From Trichoplax adhaerens (lineage: Eukaryota > Animalia > Placozoa): a stretch of DNA of 64,000 nt. Made by a program: the position numbers and the translations under genes. How positions within the stretch are numbered: the stretch's first letter is position 1; every line of letters starts with the position of its first letter. Shown piece after piece: positions 24,851 to 38,800 of the stretch. The notes under the pieces were generated by a model. That model was given only the letters and a program-made list of their open reading frames with translations, was not told the origin of the DNA and made no database searches. The stretch lies in the NCBI RefSeq assembly GCF_000150275.1, contig NW_002060960.1:412189-476188 (forward strand), in the 5' to 3' direction.

Positions 24851-25670
24851 AGTTCGATTCAGATGATTGCTTGGATACACGGTAGTACTCTCCTAACTTC
24901 ACGTAAAGGAGAGATGATGAATAATTGCCAAATGGAACAGAAATGCTATTTGCAAAACGATTTTATCACATTATGCTGCGAACTGATATTTCACTACTTT
25001 AACAAAGTAGCCAAGGCAAGAAATAATGCAATCAATTCAAATAAGTCAGTCCAAGCGGTAAATTCGAGCAAAGAAATTGTGGTAAACTAATTTAGTCATT
25101 AGATGAAGTAGAGGAGAGTTTTAGACGAAGTTCGATTCAGATTATTGCTTGGATATACGGTAGTACTCTCCTAACTTCAGGTAAAGGAGAGATGATGAAT
25201 AGCTGCCAAATGGGACAGAAATACTATTTGCAAAACGATTTTATCACATCATGCTGCGAACTGATATTGTGCAAGTGTACATTCATGAATTATTATCATT
25301 CATCTACACTTAGATCATTCTAATAATATATAACATATATACTTATATTCCTTATTGATTCAATTTTATAGTTGATAGTAAATACGAGTAATTCAACACT
25401 CGCTAAGTGATTTAGGCTTAATACTACTACATACATTCATGAATTATTATCACTCATCTACACTTAGATCATTCTAATTATATATATATTTAATGCTTTA
25501 TTGATTTAATTTTATAATTGATAGTAAACACGAGTAATTCAATACTCACTACTTTAACAAAGTAGACAAGGCTAGAAATAATGCAATCGATTCAAATAAG
25601 TCAGTCCAAGCGGTAAGTTCAAGCAAAGACACTGCAGTAAACCAATTTAGTTATTCGATGAGGTAGAGGA
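24851..25670. repeat. ~265-bp direct duplication whose second copy contains an extra ~280 bp made of two tandem ~120-bp units
   Basis: Copy 1 at 24851-25115; copy 2 at 25129-25268 plus 25547-25670; the extra segment 25269-25546 has tacattcatgaattattatca.tcatctacacttagatcattctaa...acgagtaattcaa.actc twice. Confidence 0.88.
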
Positions 25671-25862
25671 TTTTTATATGTAGATCAATCAATCAATACT
25701 AAAATGTTAGAGTACTGAAAACTAACATAAGGCTTTGGAACACTACTACTGTACTAGTTAAGCGTATTTCAACTCCAAGCAGAAATGTGAATGAATTCAA
25801 CAAATGAATAGTAATATCCACAAATCACGGATTAATTTAGCATTCGTCGACGATGTATCAAG

Positions 25863-27158
25863 TCAACTAAAATACTTTGGTATGATTTCAAAGCCCAATT
25901 GATACAATTGTCGAGCAAGTAAATTGCAATCAGTTTCTCTTATTAGTTGACTCAAGTTGATAGTAATCGAGACTTCGTTTTTTTTATGGATTTCTTGAAA
26001 TTCGCCAGTGGCCTCGTCAATATTTATATATTCTAAAACATTGACAACTTTGACCACAGTGGCTGTTCGAAAATCGTCCACTAATAACGGTGCATTCTTG
26101 GAGAATTTGTATATCTTTGACTTTTTATGTCTGACATTGGGAACAAGGTGGACATATTCTTTACCAACAACAACAGCCCCGGTATGAACGTTTCGCCTTA
26201 TTACGGGTGCTTTTCCTTGCATGAATTGCTGCATTTTCGATGAAAATTCATTTTGACATGTAGTAATGGTATTGGAAAGACAAATTCGAACATCCAAGTC
26301 ATCAGGAAAGTTTTTAATGTCAATGTTGCAATATCTTCCCTCTTCCCTACTCAACACTAACTCCATCTGCCTATTATAATCGACATAAAAGTGATCTTGG
26401 AACTGAGCCGTTGCTATCGAGACTCTAAAAGTTTCATCTTCACTATCCAAAATGAATAAATTGTCGTCTCTATTTTCATCCTCATTGTCACAAAGTTTGT
26501 CAAAGATTGGATAAAATCCAGTGGAAAGGTAATACGGTACATGACAACTGCGGGAGCGTAAAGGATTTTTAAGAGATAGAAAATAATCTTTAAATTGAGT
26601 CACTGGCATTTGATCAACAAATGGATTCAACCTTGTTATATAGCTGTATCCAAATCGAATAGTAGCGTTGAGATTTTCAAATTTAGATTGATCAACACAG
26701 GGCACCATAACCTGATCTATCCAATATTGTATTACCTTTGCCAACTCTTCAATGTCTTGATCATCATTGCGTGCATCAGGGCTCTCCGATAAACAAGCTA
26801 CATAACGCGGATTATTGATCTCGCCATCTCGACGATAGGAATTATGTTGATGATTTTGAAATTCCACTATTTGATTACTATCGTGAGAGCCACGTAAAAG
26901 GCAAAATTTAAGAAATGGAATCTCTTGTGAAGATGATTCGATATTTTCTTGTCTGTGGTGTGAAGTTTTATTACCATACACCCGATTTTGATTCGGATCA
27001 TTTCTGTAATTTTGTTGATTTCGACGATCGCGTCGATGCTTTCCTTTCGATGAAGGATAATTATTTGACGGTCGCAATGCTGGATTCTTCATATTACATA
27101 AAAACTGATTAAGAAAGTCTTCGAAGGAAACATCATCGCTTTCTCGACTGGAAGCCAT
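25863..27158 (-). CDS. Intronless 431-aa uncharacterised protein (low-complexity N/R/Q-rich N-terminus, globular C-terminal domain)
   Basis: Long uninterrupted ORF in AT-rich DNA, A-rich start context (aaaaaATGG), normal amino-acid composition; no family recognised with certainty. Confidence 0.8.
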   Translation of the reverse strand: MASSRESDDVSFEDFLNQFLCNMKNPALRPSNNYPSSKGKHRRDRRNQQNYRNDPNQNRVYGNKTSHHRQENIESSSQEIPFLKFCLLRGSHDSNQIVEFQNHQHNSYRRDGEINNPRYVACLSESPDARNDDQDIEELAKVIQYWIDQVMVPCVDQSKFENLNATIRFGYSYITRLNPFVDQMPVTQFKDYFLSLKNPLRSRSCHVPYYLSTGFYPIFDKLCDNEDENRDDNLFILDSEDETFRVSIATAQFQDHFYVDYNRQMELVLSREEGRYCNIDIKNFPDDLDVRICLSNTITTCQNEFSSKMQQFMQGKAPVIRRNVHTGAVVVGKEYVHLVPNVRHKKSKIYKFSKNAPLLVDDFRTATVVKVVNVLEYINIDEATGEFQEIHKKNEVSITINLSQLIRETDCNLLARQLYQLGFEIIPKYFS

Positions 27159-27939
27159 TTTTTATTAGTTGGATGTTCGATTGACAATCCGAATAAAATT
27201 GCTGACGACTGCTATTTACTGTAAGTACTATAATTCAAGCTTTAGGCGTGGCAATCAATAAATTGCTCTATTTAACTCTATAGTGCAGACCTGATGTATC
27301 GAAAGTAAATTTGCATACAGTGATTGTGTTGGATCTTGAGGTAAACTAGTGATACTTTTCATAAAATGCAGCTCTCGCTTTGCTACAAATTAATTGACTT
27401 TATTGAAGGTTACACTGCACTGTATATACATTGGTAGAGTAATTGAATGATGGTGTAAAGCAATGGCCAAGAGGTCTTAAGACTTTCCTTTTTATCAGAT
27501 TCTAGCTGTAATAGTAACGGATCGCTTTGCCACTTAGCTTCATCGTTCTATACATATATTGAAGTTTCTAAATTCCTAGACATAACACAGACAAGCATTT
27601 TGATAACATAACATGTTGATAATTGGCAATTTAGGATTATTATAACTTATAACTGATCTATTATAATTATTATTATCAGACATGACATTGCACTACGGTT
27701 CGGACTTAGTGTATTAGTGTAACGATATATATATTTTCATGATTATTCGCGACAGCGATGATGGTGTTAAACTAGACGTATATATGTATAATTCTGATGT
27801 AATCTTTCATCTAGCAAAATGATACGTTGATAATTTATCCCTTTAACCTTTGCAACGCTTAGTGCTATCCTTAAAGATGATATTATCGATTAGTGTTATT
27901 TCGTATGAAAGTAATGAAACTGCACGCACTATCTCAACG

Positions 27940-29120
27940 AATAGTCAATGTCATCATTAATTAAGGGCTATTAATATACTTAATTTAATATACTATTTGC
28001 TAAATTAAATTACATTAGATTAGATGATATATATACCACTACAGTTTTAATCACATAGTCAATATCATCATTAGTTAACGGCTATTAATATACTAAATTA
28101 AATTACATTAGACTAGATGATCTACAGTAAGAAAGCTTTCGGAAGGTTGAGAGTTTGGCATTAGTCGCAATAAAGTCAATAGAATAGTTAACGGAAGAGT
28201 AATTTTTATTGAGCTAGTGTAAGAGAATAAACGTGTAAGATTATCGTGCGAGTAATGACGTGACTAGTCGAATAACTATAGTAGTGTAGAATAGGTAAAG
28301 CGTGCAAGCTTACCGTCTAACTACCAGAACTAACTCATGAGATAGGCGAAAGAAGATAGCTTTTATAATGTTAAGAGCACAGCAAGAGGAAATTACTTCT
28401 AGACACGGATGATTCATAATAATACGTTACTTCTACGTAAGGGTAATGCTACGGTATAATCTAGCTAGAGTCTAAGTGATTTTCACAAAGTCAATTGTTA
28501 AATATAAGTAAAGCATATTTAGAGTTATGTTGCAGTTTAGTGGAAATTCACGTTTCACTAAAAATGGACTACACCGTATTTAGAAGTAAACACTACACAG
28601 TAGATACCACTACGGCTTTAACCACATAGTCAATATCATCATTAGTTAAGCGTTATTAATGTACTATTTGCTAAGTTAAACTAAATTAGATTAGGTAGCA
28701 TACAGTATATACCACTAGTTTTAACCGCATAGTCAATGTTATCATTAGGGAAGGGCAATTAATATATTATTAGCTACATTCGATTACATGAGATTAGATG
28801 ATCTGCATACGACTGCAGTTTTAACACCAACGCTATTCACCGATTCACTTTGACGAAAACAAGTCTGTCTATTCGCGAAATCACTGGATTTCGTACTTGC
28901 ACAGTAACAGTACCATTGATGATCATGAATCCAAGTTTGGATCCATGTTTAATCTGGTAGAATGTCATGATTAGCAAAAATTTATCGATTAATCCGGCTG
29001 ATTTCACTCAATGATTAGAAGCGATTTTATTTTATTTTAATTAATTTATGTATACGACTATAGTTTTAACACCGTTGCCGATATTCACCGATTCGCTGGA
29101 CGAAAACAAGTCTGTCTACA
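27940..29120. repeat. Cluster of degenerate ~100-bp repeats
   Basis: atagtcaat.tcatcatta....ggg.tattaat.tact...aaatta.attagatga recurs at ~27940, 28055, 28625, 28728; a second unit tattcaccgattc.ct..acgaaaacaagtctgtcta occurs at ~28832 and ~29080. Confidence 0.8.
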
Positions 29121-29509
29121 ATTCATAAAATGAAACACTTCTCTTTCAAGTTGAAGTACAACTAAGGACTACTAGAAATAGTCCTTGGTAAAATACGCTA
29201 TTTATTTCAACCATGCTACTCTCTGCTTACGCTGCTAATCATCCATTTGTCTTTATAAAACATGGTCGCCACTGAATTAGATTCATTATTAACGTAGAAT
29301 TGCTCACAAAGTCAATTTACGGCTATGCTTCTGTAATATTTGTTATCCCTAGGCTATTCTGAACTACTGATTCACAGTAAAGCTGAGACGGGGTGGGGGG
29401 GGGGGTACTTTAGAATAAGAGTAACTTTATTACGTACATAAAAAGGTTCTAGAATATTAGCAATAAAAAGGCTATAGCTAGTAGTAAAATGTTCGTCTAC
29501 CAATCTCTA

Positions 29510-29790
29510 CTTGGCAAATCTGGGAGGCTACCTTAGCTCTCTCACTAAGACCTTTTTACCAGCAGCATAGGATTCGGGCCCATCTTATTTGTCAACATAT
29601 TTTCAACCAATCTCGTAACACAATTATTCCCATACGGAGACTATCATTGATTGATATTTTACTATAAACTCTGGGCCCAGCTAGCTGCGACTCCTTTTCT
29701 TTCCCTTGATTCTTGTTTTGGACTTTCGAAACCAATCAGATTATTCGCCGGGTTCGCAACTTCGCCTCCCGCTAGGGAATTCTCGACATG
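29510..29790 (-). promoter_or_regulatory. Copy A of a duplicated ~280-bp non-coding element (CCAAT box, RTGGGAA motif)
   Basis: Reverse complement aligns colinearly with 41820-42085 (cctagcgggag, ctgattgg, gctagc, ttatagtaaaat, tgggaat, atgttgacaaata, ggtctt, agagctaagg.agcctc). Homology is seen; regulatory role is inferred. Confidence 0.6.
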
Positions 29791-31703
29791 TAGTTTGACC
29801 AAACTGAACTATCGAGAATTACATCATCGATGTCTTAACACCTCCTCGACATACTGACATAGGCTGTTCTTAGATCTTGGCTCACTCTACCATCCAAGAG
29901 AGTAAACATAGACCTCCCAAGGTCATTTTTAATTAAAATGTTCATTCTCGTACTAGATAAAATTTGATACAAATCACGTATTAATCATGGTAAGGATTAG
30001 TCAACCATGTTTGCTTTCTTCTTTCAATCGATAATAATACGCAACTGTACAAAATCAACATTTCTGTTGCTTAACAAGGTCTTCGTATAGGAGTATTATC
30101 CAGTCCGTTTATTTGCTGACAACAAAGTATAGCTCGTCCGTTGACAATTTGTAAACAGCTGAAGATATTAGCTAATATTCGAGATCAGGTTATCAATTGA
30201 ATATTGTATATTTTCCGTTGCTTATCCGAGCGCAGGTCAAAGAAACACGTCCTCGCCCTAGTACAAATCTACCAGATACCTTTATTTCTTGTCAACCACT
30301 AACGACTAATTCTACTTGCATTTATTCGCATAAATTGCATTTGCAGTATATAAACGGCAGTATATATTGATCTCAGTTTAGAATCGCTCATGGCTAGCGG
30401 AAGAGTGAACACTAAACTAGTCGGCAAAAACACAGACTGAGTGAACAACGTATCGTAAACATTTATACCGTATAATCTACTGTAGATCGTATTAGTCAAT
30501 TCTAACAAGAGGAAAGGCACGCTGTTAACCAATTTCTGCATAAGTACGAGTACAGTCATGATCCCTCTCTATTCTGTCAAACAAAATTTAAAAATATCCT
30601 TTAGCTGAAATAGATGAAAGGGTCTGTACAGACAGTTTGAGCACTCTACTGTGTTTGTTCTTTCTGCTCCACTTTTTTATATCGTTTGGGTATTGCCATT
30701 TCTACCTCACTAGTAATCAGTCATGACATGATAGCACTTGTTTTAAGTGCAGACACAAGCTGAAAGCCATTAAATTGAGCCTTACTGTAGTAAATACCGA
30801 GATAAATTTAGAATTACAAGACTGAAACTGCGTTTGCCTTATGGAATTCCAAGCCTAGCAATCGACCATATTTTATTAGTCAATATAGACAAGCATAAAG
30901 CATCAATATGTTGTTGAATATGTTTTAAGTATGGTTCAAGGTGATTATTCTTTTCTATGGATCTCGTGTTGTCTTTCTTATAATATCGAAAGTGTAAAAT
31001 ACCATGGAATGAATAAATACATTTGCTATAAACGCGTTGTCGGATAATACTAACCGATAGTGTTGCAAAGTAGCTAGTAGCAAAGTAATCGCTTGCAGAC
31101 TGTGTTAGCGTGCAAAATCGCATTGCCAGATGAGCTAAATATAACTCTTAAAGTCAACAATTTCCATTGAAATACAGCAAGCTGCTATGTTATTTTTAGT
31201 TAATGCCATATTGCATAGATGAAGTAATGAAGGTATTTAAAATCTTACAAGGCTAGAAAACCTAAAGTTTTTCCTAGCGTGTCGTAACGTAAATACTGTA
31301 AGCATTCCAGGGAATTTAACCACTAAGTATCAACGATTTGAGAGTTCATAAGAGAGAACGACTTAAAATAAGTAGTATTTAAATCTTTAAACTATCAATT
31401 CTACCTCGTTTGCATTAGTTGCTTCTTTAAAATAAGAAGTATAGCCTTCGAAGGAAAAGATTAACGTTGTTATTGTCACCAAAAAGCAGCCGGAGTGGTG
31501 ATAATACTATTTATAAATTCGTTTAACAGTTATCATTATAGTGATTTGTTGACCTACAGATTATCCAGCCAAATTTAAAGCCTTACGTCTTTATCGAAAT
31601 AGACAGATTGTCTCTTATTCATTAAGCAATTTAATTCAAAAATTAGATATTACGATTAAAAAGCGCCCATTGCTAATACAAAGCTAAAATAATAAAGAAA
31701 ATT

Positions 31704-34517
31704 ATGGATGAAAAACTTCTTGATTCTAGCGAGGAAACCCAAGTAACGATTAAATCATCTAGACCTAATCAACAATCCATCAATTCCAACGAGCTCATTA
31801 TCATTGAGCAACCATCTGAACAGCAAAATTATGGCACTTCGGAAGAATTACAAAACATCCAATGGATGCAGCCACCACAAGTTTGCCAACCTGATGCTCC
31901 ACCTGGTCTTGAATACTTAACACAAATTGATCAACTCTTAATTCATCAAGTGATTGAGATATTCGAAGGTAGGGAGGCAATCACTTTAAGTAATGCTGCT
32001 AAAGCGATAAAGTTTATAGTGCAAGACTGTCATACCTTAACTTAATAACAACGATAATTGCTATCGATCGAGGCATTTCATGTTAATTGACAATTAAAAA
32101 ATTAAAATAGGAATCCATCCTAGACTCCAAATTCTATGTTCCGTTAATACTTTGTTGGATGCTTATGATAGAGTACGCGTACAATTGGAAAGATTGAATT
32201 TACAGTAACAGTTCATTTATATGAAAATCAATTGAATTTTAACAATTTTCTCTTAGCCGTTACGGGGTTTCAAACACGAAAGCGATTTTTTGTAAAGAAT
32301 AGTATGGGCCAGCAAGTCTTGTTTGCCTCTGAACGTAAGTTCGACATTTATTCAAATTGATAAGCACCTTCAAGTCAAAATTTCACTCTACTGTAGATCA
32401 GTTCCTATCATTAATTAATTTTTAGTCTTTCAATCATGAACTTAGGTAATGACTGCTTAACCATGCAATGCTGTGGATCCATTCGGCCATTCGAAATAAA
32501 CTTAACCGACAATATGAAACGAGATATTATCCATTTATCGCGCCCCATGCGATTAGGATGCCGTTGCTTTCCATGTTGTCTACAAGAATTAGAAGTTCAA
32601 GCACCTCCCGGTGAAACTATAGGTTACGTCCGGCAAATGTAAATCAATCTTTTTCCTTACTAAAACATCGCTTCATTATCAAATATTTATATCACATCAG
32701 CTAACATTCAGTCTATCTTCCATTTCTAATTAGACAAACCTTTGTTAAGCGAGAATTCAACATCTTAAATACTTTCAGAGATCCAGTATTAAAAATTAGA
32801 GGACCTTGCTGGTTGTGCTCATGCCTTACCGACATCGATTTCGATGTACGTAAATGTTATCTAACTCTTATTCAACCATCCAATATTGTATTAAAGTGGG
32901 CATACTGCTAAAGCCAAATGACTACGCTAGGAAAAAGCAGCCTTCTGCAGCTTCTAGAATATCGGCATTGCTAGATACTCAATTTGATTTGTAGATATTG
33001 CATTACTAATGTTACAGTTATCTACGACTACGCCAAATTTTTAACTAGCTCGTATTTAATTTCCAGATATTAACGAGTGATGGAGAGACTGTTATAGGGA
33101 AAATAACAAAGCAATGGCCTGGATTATGGCGAGAAACGTTTACTCTTGCAGACAATTTTGGGATAAGATGTAAGGAAATTTAAAATTTTGATCTCTTCAG
33201 GAGAACAACTACGCTAATTGTAATAAGGTGAAAATGCAAGCTTTCATTATATCGTCAAAAGATATTTTGGCCAATTAGTTAGATTCTCTGTAGTGAAATA
33301 ATTACGAGTTATCTTCCACCCTGACGCTAACTAATGCAGCTTTTCTGCTGATTAAATATATAATTTAGCCAAAAATAGAATTCATTTAATTCAATAAATT
33401 TTTAATGCCAGATCAAACTTTAGGAAAAAGTTTCATAAAAATCACAAGCACTATAATATTCGCACCATAAGTGATCAGGACCAGAAAGAAGCAGCGCATT
33501 CTAATATTACGAATTAAAAAATGAAATCTAATAAATTAAATGGTTGATTCGAAAGTTGAAATTAGTTCCCTGTGTAATTAATATTAAAAATTAGAAAATG
33601 AAATTTAATTGACTAGTCGATTCGGAAATTAAGATAAATTCGATATATATCAGATAGAAGCAGCACATAATATTAAGAATTAGAAAATGAGATTCAAGTA
33701 ATTTAAATTTATAATCGGTTCAAAAGTTAATATTTATTCGATATGTAGTGTAAATTTAATGAGATCAAAATTAAAACCGATACAAATAGACTAGGACAAT
33801 AATTGAAAGGTTTCGCATATTCGATCTACGTATACATAGGCCTAACTCACTTATAGAACTAAAATCTTATACTGCCTTATTATTATTATCACCTATTCTA
33901 GTTCCAGTAGATTTAGATGTTAAAATTAAAGCAACGCTACTTGGAGCTGTTTTCCTCATGGTAAGTTTATAATCCAGAAATGATGTTAACAATTGTCCAT
34001 CCATCGCCCTATTTTGATGGGAGATGAATAACCTTCCAATGTTAATCTAATCTAAAAGTTAGCGAATAGTACTTCTAGTGTCTTTATTAATTTAGTTTTG
34101 ATTGTAAATATATGCTATAGTAGATGGCAGTATTGAATAATTGTAGATGCTAAAACGCTCGCTGTATCAATAATTAAAGGCAGCTAGCCTCTCTGTAATC
34201 TAAAATTTCTTATTAATCGTAAAGAGTTGTTGGCTCCATCAGTAGTAAGTTTAAAATTTCTTAACTTGATATAGTCGTCAATATCGTTGTTTATTACAAT
34301 TTGATAAATTTGATTTTATGCTTTTTTTCTACACTTTGATAATTCAATTCACTGACAGTTAATAATCGCCATTTCCTGTCGTTTTTAACAAGTGAATAAT
34401 ATAATATTTTATTTCATTCTTGCCGGTAACAAACGTAATTAAGCTGTTAATATTGAATGTTTATTTTAGGATTTCATGTATTTTGAAGGAAACAATCGAC
34501 GTAGAAGACGCTATTAA
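31704..34517 (+). CDS. PLSCR: Phospholipid scramblase family protein, 7 coding exons, ~285 aa
   Basis: Exons 31704-31968, 32257-32334, 32446-32638, 32734-32845, 33067-33169, 33902-33960, 34470-34517 join in frame: [90 protein letters not shown]. Confidence 0.95.
33485..33725. repeat. Three degenerate ~80-bp units in scramblase intron 5
   Basis: taatatta.gaatta.aaaatga.at recurs at ~33503, ~33579 and ~33668; two copies are preceded by agaagcagc.cat. Confidence 0.6.
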
Positions 34518-35895
34518 CTAGGGCCTGGTTAAAATTACAGAAATTAATCTATAATGATTTAATTTTCAATATCTTTCACTAAGACTGATTGTACTAGTAC
34601 TATAAGGAAAGTCTATCATTTTTTAATGCAGCTTTTCTATTACAAGAATTATCATTCAAATTGTCTTGCAGCGCCAATATACTCTCTTCCAGAATAGATA
34701 AACTTCATTCTGGCATTTTTCAGCGCTATCTGTTTGTCATCTACTTGCAAGATGACTACATTAGTTTTAAATTTCTATACCTTGGATATGATTTAATTGT
34801 ATATTTGGTATATAGAAACTGTTAAAGTCGTTTAGTTAGCAACATGCATATTATAATACTTCAGTTTAATTAAGCTGATGATAAAATAGATAATTTCCAA
34901 AAATATCATAGAGTATGATCTATTGTATAAAAGTAAAAGTGCATCATAATTTCTCGGTGGGCGTTTTATGCAAAGTTGGATTGATGCCTTAGTAAGTTAA
35001 AGATGAATTAAGATTTAAAATGATCTATTTAATTTACGCGTATATTGCCCTTTCGACAGACTGAGATAGAGTGTAAGTAATTTCTGCTAACTTTAGAATA
35101 TTGATAGAGGCTAGCACTGTTCTTTCTATCTTGATAAATTATGAAATTGTATTATATTTATCTTCCAAACCCGTATTTATTATTTTATGCCAGCGATTCT
35201 AGATCACTAGCTGTAAATGAAACAGCTATCAAACGAAGTTTGCGTCAAAATATTCAATCTAGTTTAGTATTTTAGATTTGTAATACTAATAGAAATTGAA
35301 TCATGTTTAATGAAAAAATTCTAAATATGGCCATGAGAGAATCTTGTTTCAATGTGAATAATGTGAGCTACAATAAATTTGCTAAATGAAATTTATTGAT
35401 AAAAACTGAAAAATATGCTAGATTGATATTGGATGACTTCACAAATGAATTAAAAATGAAAATAAATAAAGTTTTCAAAGTTATGATATAAAGAATGAAC
35501 ATCTAATTATTCGATTTTTACGTACATTATTACTTCATTTACTCTTGATATTAAATGATACGATAGTGCTCTTTTCACTATAGCAAATTGAAAAGTTTTT
35601 ATTAATTTTCATGACTATAACTAGAGGAGAGGTAATTTCAATGTAATTACAATAATCATCACAATTCCTATCAGTTACTCTTATCGTACTAAATGAATCT
35701 CGAACTTGACCATTTTATGGGACTGTCTCTCGTTATTCGGAATATTTGGAACCTATCCATATTGAATAGTCTCGGATAGCTATCCATCGAAGTTTACTTA
35801 GATGTATTAGACAAATACTTTTTAATTAACTTAGCCATATAGGGATGATCATGATGAAAGATTAAAATTAAATGTTACAGCTTAGATGTTTATCT

Positions 35896-38800
35896 TTATT
35901 CATTATTGCTTATATTATCACGGCTGCATTCATCAGGATGATTGTGGTAATAAATTTGAAGTGATTTCTGAAACCTTGAACGAGCTTCTTCATGCTTGCC
36001 CTGATCATCATAGATTTTTCCTATTTCGTAATACGATACACTAACATCGGGATGATTTTGGTCAAGCACTAATAATTGAATTTTCAGTGCTTTCTCACAC
36101 ATTGAAAGAGCTTCGTTATACCTCCCTTGACGAGAATAAATACTACCTAGATTACAATATGATTTAGCAATATCGGGATGATTATGATCAAGGATCAATA
36201 ATTGAATTTGAAGTGATTTCTTATACATGGAAAGAGCTTCTTCATACTTGGACTGAAGATTATAAACGTTTCCTAGACTACCATATGATTTAGCAACATG
36301 AGGATGATTGTGACCAAGAGCGGATAATTGAATTTGAAGCGATTTCTCGTACATTAAGATAGCGTCTTCATACTTCTTATCCTTTGCACAGACGAGTCCA
36401 ACATTGCAGTATGTCAGGGCAACATTGTGATGATTGTCGCCATGGATTAATAACTGAATCTTAAGTGACTTCTCAAACATAGAAAGAGCTTCTTCAAGCT
36501 TATTTTTACGAGAATAGACATTTCCTAGATTGTCATATGATGCAGCAATACTAGGATGGTTGAGATCAAGAATGGACAATTTAATTTTAAGCGAATCCTC
36601 ATACTTAGATAGAGCTTCCTCATGCTTGCCCTGATGAATATAAGCGTTCCCTAAACTATCTAGTAACATGGCAACATCAGAATGATTTTGACCAAAGAAT
36701 GACACTTGAATTTTAAACGATTTCTCGTACATAAAAATAGCCTCATCATACTTGCCCTGAAGATCATATACAGTCCCAATATTCTTATATAATCTGGCAA
36801 TTTTAGGATGATGATAACCAAAATTGAACAACTGAATTTTGAGTGATTTCTTGTACATAGAAATTGCTTCCTCATACTTACCCTGATCACCATATACAGC
36901 TCCCATATTGATATATGTATCGGCAAGGGAGTGATGTTTGGAGCCAAGAACTGACAATTCAATTTTAAGCGATTTCTTAAACATAGAAATTGCTTGTTCA
37001 TACTTGCCCTGATTCCTATAGACAATTCCTAGATTGCCGTACGATGTAGCCACTTCGGGATGATTTTGATCAAAGGCTGATAATCTGATTTTAAGTGATT
37101 TCTGATGCATAGAAATTGCCTCTTCATACTTGCCTTGATCACTGTACACACTTCCCATGTTATTATAAGTTGCAGCAACATTGGAATGATTTTGACCAAG
37201 GACCGATATTTGAATTTGGAGGCCTTTGTCAAACATAGAAATAGCCTTTTTAAGTTTATTCTGATAGTAATAAAGCCCTCCAAGGTTGTTATAGGATGCA
37301 GCAACGTCAGGATGATGATGGCCTAGGACTGATAGTTGAATTTTTAATGCTTTCTCGTACATAGAGGTAGCATCGTTATACTTGCCTTGCTGAGTATAAA
37401 CATTAGCTAGATGGCGGTATGATAGAGCAATATCGGGATGATTGTGATCGAAAATTGCCAATTGAATTTTGAGTGACTTCTCGTACATAGAAATAGCCTC
37501 TTTATGCTTACCCTGCTCTCTTTTAACAGTTCCAATGTTGTCGTAAGATGTTGCAACAAGAGAATGACGGTGACCAAGGATGGATAATTTAATTTTGAGT
37601 GACTTTTCATGCATCGATATTGCTTCGTCATGATTGCTAAGATTGGAATAGGCAAGGCCGATGTTATTATATGTTGCAGCAACATCGAGATGATCGTGAC
37701 CAAGAACGGATAACTGAATTTTGAAGGACTTCTTATACATGGAAATAGCCTCCTCATACTTGGCCTGACGCAAATAGGTAAGACCAAGGTTATTATAAGA
37801 TGCAGCAACATCAGGATGATTGCAACCAAAGACAGATAATTGAATATTTAATGATTTTTTATATAAAGAAATTGCCTCTTGATATTTGATTTGACTAGAA
37901 TATACATTTGCTAGATTGTTGTAAGGTTTGACAAGATCGGGATGATTATGACCGAGGACTAATAATTGAATTTGGAGTGATTTCTCATACATACAAATAG
38001 CATTTTCATACTTGCCATAGTGAGCATAAACATTTCCTAAATTGCAATAGGATTTGGCAACATTGGGATGATTGTCACTAAAGACTGATAATTGAATTTT
38101 GAGTGATTTCTCCAACATAGGAATGGCCTCTTCATGCTTACCCTGATCATGATAGGCAAGACCAATGTTGTTATAGGATACAGCAATATCAGGATGATTA
38201 TGTCCAAGGACCGATTCTTTAATTTTGACTGATTTTTCATACATGGAAACAGCTTCTTCATGCTTGCTTTGAGCAGCATACGAGACTCCCAAGTTATTAT
38301 AGGTTGCAGCAATACTGGGATGATTAGGATCAAGGATGGATAATTGAATTTTCAATGATTTCTGGTACATAGAAGTAGCCTCCTCATACTTGCCTTGATG
38401 CTTATACGCAGTTCCTATGTCGTTATAGGATGCAGCAATATCGGGATGGTTGTAGTCAAGGACAAACACTTGAATTTTTAAGGACTTCTCATACATGGCG
38501 ATTGCCATTTCATGCTTGCCTTGATCAATATAGACATTTCCTAGATTGCCGTATAATTTGGCCACATTTGAATGATGTTGACCATGAACCTTCAATAGAA
38601 TTTTGAGCGATTTCTCGTACATAGCAATAGCTTCTTCCTGTTTGCCATGATCACGATATACATTTCCTAAATTGCCGTATGAATTGGCCACATCAGGATG
38701 GTCGTGGCTATGAACGAACAATTTAATTTGGAGGGACTTTTTATGCATAGCAATAGCCTCTTCATATCTGCTCTGATGACTGTAAGCGATCCCAAGGTTG

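Noticed and set aside
24644-25090. 148-aa ORF
   Set aside because: Overlaps a non-coding duplication whose second copy is interrupted; no recognisable protein features.
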